Below, piece after piece: positions 23,646 through 32,000 of a stretch of DNA of 32,000 nt. The translations under genes and the position numbers were made by a program. Source of the DNA: Telmatocola sphagniphila (lineage in GTDB: Bacteria > Planctomycetota > Planctomycetia > Gemmatales > Gemmataceae). The notes beneath the pieces are model-generated. The model was not told the origin of the DNA. It did no database searches and worked only from the letters and a program-made list of their open reading frames with translations. Each line of letters starts with the position of its first letter. Positions within the stretch are counted from its first letter, which is position 1. The DNA is taken from contig NZ_CP074694.1 in assembly GCF_018398935.1 (NCBI RefSeq), positions 90,001 through 122,000 on the forward strand, written 5' to 3'.

Positions 23646-23740
23646 GGGAGTGTCTGTACGGCTGGTGCCGGCCCTGGTCTTCAAAATCAGTGGGGGGTGT
23701 GAACAACGCTCCCAGTGGGTTCGATTCCCATACACTCCCG
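23646..23740 (+). tRNA. selC: tRNA-Sec (anticodon UCA), CCA not encoded
   Basis: Folded by hand. Acceptor stem is 8 bp, GGGAGTGT (23646-53) / ACACTCCC (23732-39), with discriminator G 23740. Anticodon arm is CTGGT-CTTCAAA-ATCAG (anticodon TCA at 23681-83). The long variable arm is TGGGGG...CTCCCA. T arm is GTGGG-TTCGATT-CCCAT. The 95-nt length and 8/5 geometry fit bacterial tRNA-Sec. The D stem pairs imperfectly (CGGC/GCCG core only). Confidence 0.78.
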
Positions 23741-23922
23741 TTAGTAATTTTGCGTACCATTCCTCGACTTCGAATCATTTCACAAATCGCCTTGTGATTG
23801 AAGTCTTCCCGAAGATTCTTGCGGACCGAGACGCGACCCCACGGCGAGCGCGGGCGAACCGGATTGAATAATTCAACCAGACTCGCGCTCTTGATACGCA
23901 ACTCCTTCTGAGGTTTCTCCTT

Positions 23923-24984
23923 ATGAGACGATTGATTGCATCCTTACTTTTGCTGGGGATGATCGCTTTTGGAACGTTGGGCTTAAACGCTTATCGTGCC
24001 AACGCTTGCACCCGCGTGGTCTACTTCGGTCTGGAAACTCAGACCGTCACCGGCCGAACAATGGACTGGGTCGAAGACATGCATACCAACCTCTGGGTTT
24101 TTCCTCGCGGCATGAAACGCGACGGCGGCCTTGGCAAAGGTTCCCTGGAGTGGAAAAGCAGGTATGGCAGTGTTGTGGCCTCAGTCTACGAAGGTGGGAC
24201 GGCCGACGGTATGAACGAGAAAGGGTTGGTCGCTAACCTGCTGTACCTCGCCGAATCCGAATACCCCACCGCCGATGATAAACGGCCGGGTGTTTGCATT
24301 TCTGTCTGGGCTCAATACTTGCTCGACAATTTCGCAACGGTGAAAGAAGCTGTGGAGGAGCTCAAGAAGGATTCTTTCCGCGTGGTTTCCGTGGAAGCCC
24401 CGAATGGAATGAAGGGGACCGTCCACCTTTCCATTTCCGACTCGTCCGGCGACTCGGCGATATTCGAGTACGTCCAGGGTAAATTAGTCATCCACCAAGG
24501 CAAACAATACCAGGTCATGACTAACTCGCCGACCTATGACAAGCAACTGGCGATCAACGAATACTGGAAGGAGTTTGACGGAGCGGTAATGCTGCCAGGC
24601 ACGGTGCGGGCTGCGGATCGCTTCGCGCGAGCTAGCTACTACGTCAACGCCTGTCAGCAATCCGCGGACGCCCGTGAAGCGGTCGCGGCGGTCTTTAGCG
24701 TCATGAGAAACGTCAGCGTGCCGCGAGGTATCCGCAAGAAGGGGGCGCCCAACCTCTCGTCGACGATCTGGCGAACAGTTGCGGACCAGAAGAACCTCGT
24801 CTACTATTTCGAGGATACCAACAGTCCGGGCGTTTTGTGGGTCAAGCTGAACAAGATGGATTTTGCGGAGGGCTCGGGTGTACGGAAGCTGACACTCGCG
24901 GGCAAGCCGGACGTGCTCGGCGATCAATCGGGCAATTTCGAGAAGTGCGAGCCGTTCAAGTTCCTGGCTCCGCCTCAAAAGTGA
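23923..24984 (+). CDS. Linear amide C-N hydrolase, choloylglycine hydrolase/penicillin V acylase family (Ntn hydrolase)
   Basis: 353 aa. The signal peptide ends ...NAYRANA|CTRVVY, exposing an N-terminal Cys nucleophile. GRTMDW, NEKGL and MTNSPTYD motifs are typical of the family. Confidence 0.86.
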   Translation: MRRLIASLLLLGMIAFGTLGLNAYRANACTRVVYFGLETQTVTGRTMDWVEDMHTNLWVFPRGMKRDGGLGKGSLEWKSRYGSVVASVYEGGTADGMNEKGLVANLLYLAESEYPTADDKRPGVCISVWAQYLLDNFATVKEAVEELKKDSFRVVSVEAPNGMKGTVHLSISDSSGDSAIFEYVQGKLVIHQGKQYQVMTNSPTYDKQLAINEYWKEFDGAVMLPGTVRAADRFARASYYVNACQQSADAREAVAAVFSVMRNVSVPRGIRKKGAPNLSSTIWRTVADQKNLVYYFEDTNSPGVLWVKLNKMDFAEGSGVRKLTLAGKPDVLGDQSGNFEKCEPFKFLAPPQK

Positions 24985-25111
24985 GAGTTGGAGACTTCAT
25001 TTTGTACGAGGAAGCGTTGGGATAAACCTGCTCAGGACTGATGAGCCGGCGGATGACAGAGTTCATGCCCCGGTAGTATCTGACCGGGACAGTGTTGACC
25101 TGTTGGACATT

Positions 25112-25864
25112 TCATAAAGGTTGATGGCTTTCGAGGGATAAGTAGGCCGCTTCGTTTTTCCTCCACCGATACGAGCCCGCTAAATAACCGCCTACGCTCA
25201 AGACCAGTAAAACGGAGACAGTCAGGCTGCAGTCGAGTGGTCGATTGAGCCATTCACGGAACAAGAGGCATACTCCGATGCAAAAACCTAGGAAAACTCC
25301 TTCCAACCAGACAAAATGAGTCCGACCCAGTTGTCGACGACGGCGCCAGAGAGATAGCCCATTGGGGACGTAACGCCATTCGAATTTCTCCCAGCCCACT
25401 TGGATGTCTACTGGTAAGTTGGCCCGTAAGAATTGAATGATTTGAATTCGACCCTCATAGGAAGCCAATGGAATATTGAGTCTTCTGGATTGAGCTAAAA
25501 GCGTAATTGAGCCGCTTGTATCCCAGATCGCTCGATATACCTCGAGCAGATTCACTTCCCGGGTTTGGAAGCAACCGACCAATCGTACGGAGGAAGCGGA
25601 GATAATTAACCGCTGGCGATAATACGAAATGGTCAAGTACAAGCCGATAAGTGATAGAAAAGTGCAGATGCTACCAACGACCACGGCTAACAGCACCGGC
25701 TCACGAATCGAGTCATCCAAGTCGAGTACCACTGCCAGCACGCCGATTGATCCCAGCATCCCGAAACAGACAAGTGACCCTATTCCAATCGTAAGGATCT
25801 GCTTTCCAAATCGAAAGGCTTTATTAGTCTCCGTACTCAGCTGATTGTGTTTCGGCTCGAACAT
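25112..25864 (-). CDS. Hypothetical integral membrane protein (2 TM + soluble domain + 2 TM)
   Basis: Start uncertain: ATG 25864 is preferred over ORF-track TTG 25924. Hydrophobic helices are ILTIGIGSLVCFGMLGSIGVLAVVL, LLAVVVGSICTFLSLIGLYLTI, FVWLEGVFLGFCIGVCLLF and VSVLLVLSVGGYLAGSY. No motif recognised. Confidence 0.5.
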   Translation of the reverse strand: MFEPKHNQLSTETNKAFRFGKQILTIGIGSLVCFGMLGSIGVLAVVLDLDDSIREPVLLAVVVGSICTFLSLIGLYLTISYYRQRLIISASSVRLVGCFQTREVNLLEVYRAIWDTSGSITLLAQSRRLNIPLASYEGRIQIIQFLRANLPVDIQVGWEKFEWRYVPNGLSLWRRRRQLGRTHFVWLEGVFLGFCIGVCLLFREWLNRPLDCSLTVSVLLVLSVGGYLAGSYRWRKNEAAYLSLESHQPL

Positions 25865-26092
25865 GATTCTGGCCCCACTAAGGATCCTAAGCTTTTCGAT
25901 GATTGTAGTTGTTAGCTTACCCAAAAAACGCCATGCCGATAGGGAGTTTCCCAGAGGTAATCGTTTTTGAGATCAGACTATCAAATCTCCCCTATTCTCT
26001 TGATCGCCAGTATCCAATAAATTATGATTTGAGAAATAAATTTATCGAAGAAGAATTAATGTCGAAATCGAACCTCATTTAAATCGAAACCG

Positions 26093-26437
26093 TTGGAAGA
26101 TTCGACGATCAAAAAGTGGATCGAAGATCTCGATTCCACCAAATTCGCCACTCGCGAACAAGCCTCCAATGAATTGGCAAAAGCAGGGGAAGCGGCAGAA
26201 TCTGCACTAAGGAAGACTTTGGCAGGAGGACCTTCCAGCGAATCAAAAAATCAGATCGAAAAAATCTTGGAAGTAATCAAGAAAAGGCCTCTCAGCTCGA
26301 GCACTCTACGCGAATTGCGGGCCGTGCAAGTTCTCATTTGGATTGGCACTCCCGCAGCAAAGGAACTTCTGCGAGCCTGGGCCGAGGGGGATGAACGTCT
26401 GGCTTTGGTTCAAGCGGCACGCAAAGCTCTGAAATAA
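26093..26437 (+). CDS. Hypothetical helical-repeat protein sharing a ~55-aa module with the N-terminus of the WD40 protein
   Basis: 114 aa. The only in-frame start candidate is TTG 26093, since no ATG lies between the upstream stop (26030) and the ORF. The pattern IxxWIxDLDSxKFxxREQAxxELxxxGExA..L...SSES...I..I aligns with WD40 protein aa ~28-80. Confidence 0.5.
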   Translation: MEDSTIKKWIEDLDSTKFATREQASNELAKAGEAAESALRKTLAGGPSSESKNQIEKILEVIKKRPLSSSTLRELRAVQVLIWIGTPAAKELLRAWAEGDERLALVQAARKALK

Positions 26438-26461
26438 ACTCGTTTGGAAGAAAGGACTCGG

Positions 26462-26725
26462 ATGGCGATCCCCGATCAAGAACTGGCAGCGGCTCTCCGC
26501 ACCCTGTTGGGGATGAACGCGGGATTCTATGTGGGGTTCGCCGGGATGCTGGAAATCGGTCAGCTGGAAAATGAGAACTACTGGGTGGAATCCAAGGACC
26601 ACAATGGCAAGCTACTCTGGGATAAGGACGATATCTCGCTGGAAGAGGCCATTGGCCACTTTCTTCGTAACCGTCAAGAACGTGAGTTGGGATATGACAT
26701 TGAGAACGATCTGATTTACAATTAA
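26462..26725 (+). CDS. Hypothetical small protein (87 aa)
   Basis: ATG 26462 has AAAGGA upstream and lies 25 nt after the previous stop. No recognisable motif. Coding status rests on ORF length and operon-like spacing only. Confidence 0.4.
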   Translation: MAIPDQELAAALRTLLGMNAGFYVGFAGMLEIGQLENENYWVESKDHNGKLLWDKDDISLEEAIGHFLRNRQERELGYDIENDLIYN

Positions 26726-26942
26726 GCGATTCCGACCCCAATTGAGGGACGAGAGAATAAACAATTCATGGTCCATCGAACATGATTAATAATTAAACAG
26801 GCTGCTAACGGAATTAACTGGAGGATGGAAGAAAGGTTAGCGGGGAAGTAGCCTTCTACCCCACGCCAAACGTCGCATGGATCAGCGATTAATATCGAGG
26901 GGCATTATTTTATAGCGACACTCCAGGTGATAAGCATCACCT

Positions 26943-28088
26943 TCATTTCGGCACCTTCCAGAGCAATACATCTCCATCCACACTGGCTGAGATTGCTTGT
27001 CGACCCTCCGCACTAAAACACACCTCACTGATAGTTCCCGCATGATGCTCATAGCGGTGGAGGAGTTTGCCGGTTTCGATGTTCCACAGGGATAGAGTGT
27101 TGTCGGAGCCCCCGGACAATAATCTTTTCCCATTTGGAGAAAATCGCATAGAAGCCACCCGGGCAGGGACTGCCAGATTCTCAAGTTCCTTGCCACTCTC
27201 CCGATTGAATAGGCGGATGCAATTGTCGTCGGAAGTCGCGATGGTTTTCTCATCCGGTGAAAGCGCGATCACGAAAACGCCGCGTTTATGCCCGGAAAAT
27301 TTGCGAATCACTTTTCCCGTTTTTGCATCCAACAAATGCACTTCGCCATTTTCATATCCCGCAACTATCTCTTCGCCCTGTGCCGAAACTGCCACACCCC
27401 GGGCACCGACCTGAGAATAAAGCTGCAGCAGTTCTTTGCCAGTCTTTGTATCCCACAATCGAAGCTTGTTATCGTAGCCGCTGCCGACGAGGTATCTTTC
27501 CTCCCGAGACCAATTAAACTGGCAAATCCCTTCTCGGGGACCGCTGAAATCCTGCAATTTTTTAGCGGTCGATATCTCAAAAACCGCGATCTGAGGATCG
27601 CTTGAGGAGAGAGGGGAAAAAGCCATCTTCTTGCCACTGGGCGAGAAACGGATGGCCTGAGTTCCCTGGTCACTGAATTTCTGTTCGCGCAGGAGCTTTG
27701 CAGAAGAGACTTCCCAAAAGCGAGCAGTTCCGTTACCTCCCAGGGAAATCAGAGTTTTGCCATCCGACTCCAGAAAAGCGGCATTGACTGAGCCGTCGGT
27801 GTGGAAAGCTTGGATGAGCCCAAAGCACCTTTCGATTTGTACTCGAATGATACTTCGAATTCGCTCGAGAACTTCGGAGTCCGACGATTTAGTAGCGGCC
27901 TCCTGAAGCAATGGCAAATAATCTTCCGGGAGTTGGGAGAGTTCCTTTTGTGCGTTTTCTCGCTCCCGGAACGATTGACTTCCCAGCTTTTGTATCAATT
28001 CTGCGATTCTCGCTTGGGAAGGTTCGTCCGCGAGGGCCTCGAAAGACCCGACGAGGAGGATCGAGAGAAGGAGGAGGCGTCTTAACAT
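26943..28088 (-). CDS. Secreted WD40-repeat beta-propeller protein
   Basis: 381 aa. Signal peptide MLRRLLLLSILLVGSFEALA. N-terminal helical module (LIQKLGSQSFRERENAQKEL). Repeated WD-like strand ends: ARFWEV, LRLWDTKTGKE, VHLLDAKTGK, IRLFNRESGKE, LSLWNIETGK, VLLWKV. Confidence 0.88.
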   Translation of the reverse strand: MLRRLLLLSILLVGSFEALADEPSQARIAELIQKLGSQSFRERENAQKELSQLPEDYLPLLQEAATKSSDSEVLERIRSIIRVQIERCFGLIQAFHTDGSVNAAFLESDGKTLISLGGNGTARFWEVSSAKLLREQKFSDQGTQAIRFSPSGKKMAFSPLSSSDPQIAVFEISTAKKLQDFSGPREGICQFNWSREERYLVGSGYDNKLRLWDTKTGKELLQLYSQVGARGVAVSAQGEEIVAGYENGEVHLLDAKTGKVIRKFSGHKRGVFVIALSPDEKTIATSDDNCIRLFNRESGKELENLAVPARVASMRFSPNGKRLLSGGSDNTLSLWNIETGKLLHRYEHHAGTISEVCFSAEGRQAISASVDGDVLLWKVPK

Positions 28089-28273
28089 GGCTTATTCTCC
28101 TGTCTTTATCCTAACTCGAACAGATAGGGATGGAAGGATTTTGTAAAGGCTTTCGATCCCTTTTACGCAATTGGGAAATGATACTGTACTTTGAAGGAGG
28201 CCTGGATTGAAACTATTTCCCACAGGGTCAGCGCAAGAATTTGGTTCGAGGATATCTCGTTTCGATCCTCAGC

Positions 28274-28302
28274 TTGACAAATTCCAATACCAATTCTATT
28301 GA
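28274..28302 (+). promoter_or_regulatory. Candidate sigma70-type promoter for the lipoprotein gene
   Basis: TTGACA (28274-79), a 17-nt spacer, then TATTGA (28297-302), ~50 nt upstream of ATG 28355. Promoter rules in this lineage are poorly known. Confidence 0.3.
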
Positions 28303-28354
28303 GCGATCTTCGGCTTCCTGCTACGAGCTAATCGCGCTTCTAGAGTAGAATCCA

Positions 28355-29002
28355 ATGTCTCGCCACACGCTCTGGATCGTCTGCACATTTCTTTCGCAGC
28401 TACTCTGCGGTTGCATTATGATTCCAACTCCGCCTTATCCAAAGTTCGATTATGTGCCAGCGGCGAATCTAGGCGAAAATACCAATGATATCAGAGCCTA
28501 TCGGGTCGAAACGAAGAACGAAACAACTTTCTACTTTAATCACCTCACCGAATCCCAAACACATGTTGAAATTCCAATCAAGGAGAATCGGACCGAGGCA
28601 CAATATTTAGGATCCTGGAATGCGGGTCTCGGTTGGATAGGAGCAACCTCGGATGGATGGTTTTGGAGCCATTCATTAATAGTGCGGCTATATCGACCTG
28701 GTTATGAACTCGTGGAATTAAGACCCTGGGACTTGTTCGGTTCGATCAAATGGGAGCCAGCAAAAGATTTTAAAGCTCAGGAAAAGGTCATCGAACGACT
28801 GCTATCAATTCGTTGGGAATTTAACCAAATTTGGATAGGGCAGTTTAAACCGTTGAAGCAAATCTCCGACGAGAATGAAATTAAGGCATTTCTGTTCGCG
28901 GCTTCTGAGTACGAACGGATAGCACGAGAAACGACTGATCTAGGGCTTGCCATGGAACTGGCTGCAAAAGCAACCATCATTCGCGGGCTAGTGAAAGAAT
29001 AA
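28355..29002 (+). CDS. Hypothetical lipoprotein
   Basis: 215 aa. N-terminus MSRHTLWIVCTFLSQLLCGC has a lipobox-like L-C-G-C. No other family motif recognised. Confidence 0.55.
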   Translation: MSRHTLWIVCTFLSQLLCGCIMIPTPPYPKFDYVPAANLGENTNDIRAYRVETKNETTFYFNHLTESQTHVEIPIKENRTEAQYLGSWNAGLGWIGATSDGWFWSHSLIVRLYRPGYELVELRPWDLFGSIKWEPAKDFKAQEKVIERLLSIRWEFNQIWIGQFKPLKQISDENEIKAFLFAASEYERIARETTDLGLAMELAAKATIIRGLVKE

Positions 29003-29161
29003 GGCGAACGCCTCCTTTTTTTGCTTTTTCTCAACTCTGCGATCTCTGCGGGCTCTGTGGTTTCACGAATTTCAGGCATACCCCTCGCTTTTCTTTTGAC
29101 ACCAACCTCCCGTTCCCTTACCCTGCCCGGAAGCACCATTTTGACTTCCCGAGGTAGTATT

Positions 29162-31066
<1,905 letters not shown>

Positions 31067-31280
31067 AAGCTCAGTTTTAATTTTTTCAGCCAGTGGGAGC
31101 CTTCTTGCTGGCTTGCTATTTTGCCCGGCTTATCCAGCCTTCCAGAATTCGTGCAATTCGACATTTCAGATCTCATATTGCCTATTTGCGCAAGTGTCTG
31201 TTACGATCTCGTATCAGGAATAGACCCCTCTCTTCCCGGGCTGCGAATAATGCTAGCAAGCCCGGCACAGGAGTTCGCGA

Positions 31281-32000
31281 ATGCTACGGATCAGCACCTG
31301 GTTATTGTTGGTTTCCATTTCACTATTTGCTTCCTTCGGCTGCGGCGGCCAGAACCCCGGCGGTGATGCCCGCGCACTCGCCCGAATCGAAGAAAAAATC
31401 GAGCGGGAAGAGCGGAAAGCCGAGGCCGAGTTGCCTCCCGAACCCAAACTCAGCCCCGAGGAACGCTACTCGCTGGCGGTGGCCGATGCTTTTCGCCTGA
31501 TGGCGGAAATGAAGCACGAAGACGCCTTGGTGAAACTGCGGGCTGCTCTGGAAGCACAGAAGACCGATTTCGTCGTCGCGGAAATCGAACGGCTCGAACG
31601 CGATCTGAAACAGAAGTCGATTGCGGAAAAAACGGCGGCCGATATTCGAGCCATTTTGCAGGCGGGCAAACCCGAAGAAGCCTCGCGTCTGGCTTCCGAC
31701 GCCTTGCTGCAGTTCGGCGACAGCGAAATCGCAGTGGTTTTGACGCAGATCAAAAAAGAGGCCGATGCCATCCTCAGTGCGGAACTGGGGGAAGGAAACA
31801 AAAAACAGCGTTTCCGCCAGGAAGCCCTGCAAGCTCTGGAAGCCAAAAATATTCGGGCGGCTTTGATCAGCTACGACCAGGCCGTGGCCAATGGCGAGAA
31901 CGATCCCGAATTGAAAGCCAAATTTGAAGGGTACCGCAACGCCTTGCAGCAGTACGAAGAAACGCGCAGTCAGGCGATCGAACTGCGCAAGGATTCCGGC
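31281..32000 (+). CDS. Partial (3'-truncated by window end) lipoprotein with helical/coiled-coil-like body
   Basis: Absent from the ORF track because it has no stop inside the window. I translated ATG 31281 (AGGAG 8 nt upstream) through 32000 and found 240 codons with no stop. N-terminus MLRISTWLLLVSISLFASFGCGG has lipobox FGC. The body is Glu/Lys/Ala-rich and helical. The listed minus-strand ORFs 31323-31832 and 31466-31846 are probably its shadows. Confidence 0.6.
   Translation, partial: MLRISTWLLLVSISLFASFGCGGQNPGGDARALARIEEKIEREERKAEAELPPEPKLSPEERYSLAVADAFRLMAEMKHEDALVKLRAALEAQKTDFVVAEIERLERDLKQKSIAEKTAADIRAILQAGKPEEASRLASDALLQFGDSEIAVVLTQIKKEADAILSAELGEGNKKQRFRQEALQALEAKNIRAALISYDQAVANGENDPELKAKFEGYRNALQQYEETRSQAIELRKDSG

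Noticed and set aside
23780-23797. Palindrome TCACAA-N6-TTGTGA upstream of the Ntn hydrolase gene
   Set aside because: A 6-bp inverted repeat is common by chance. There is no second copy and no adjacent regulator gene to support an operator role.
25038-25045. CTGATGAG, the hammerhead-ribozyme core box, in the convergent intergenic region
   Set aside because: No matching GAAA box and no stems I/II/III can be drawn around it. An 8-mer alone is expected by chance.
23741-29002. Genomic island integrated at tRNA-Sec (patchy AT-rich spacers and small hypothetical genes downstream)
   Set aside because: The window holds no integrase, recombinase or transposase gene. I could find no direct repeat of the tRNA 3' end (GATTCCCATACACTCCC) downstream.

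Overview
Moderately GC-rich chromosomal window with about 26 protein genes and one tRNA. The protein styles look Planctomycetota-like: a giant surface protein with an N-terminal LEDR motif and C-terminal FG-GAP repeats, a WD40 protein with a signal peptide, a HEAT-repeat membrane protein, and Lys/Pro/Glu-rich linkers in secreted hydrolases. The taxon call is inference only; no search was possible. Housekeeping genes: folE, pabB, hemA with an upstream CcsA/HemX-like membrane gene, and a universal stress protein. Recognisable accessory content: (i) a complete Hen1-Pnkp RNA repair cassette (901-4835) with an ATGA start/stop overlap; (ii) a 1847-aa protein (5482-11025, minus) with an S53-type peptidase domain, three ~182-aa tandem modules, a Thr/Gly/Asn-rich region and FG-GAP repeats, but no classical signal peptide; (iii) secreted hydrolases of the M28, S15 CocE/NonD and Ntn linear-amide classes; (iv) a tRNA-Sec (selC) candidate at 23646-23740 that no ORF track would show. 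The best candidate for an undescribed system is the minus-strand operon 20458-23428. It encodes an ABC ATPase, an ABC-2-type permease and two tandem, diverged paralogous small secreted proteins whose N- and C-termini are nearly identical and which I cannot assign to a family. Other oddities: a tightly packed pabB / DUF3472-like / COG3910-like ATPase operon, a stand-alone copy of the WD40 protein's N-terminal module, and an open-ended lipoprotein ORF (31281-32000) missing from the ORF track. All family calls come from motif recognition by eye and need profile searches to confirm.
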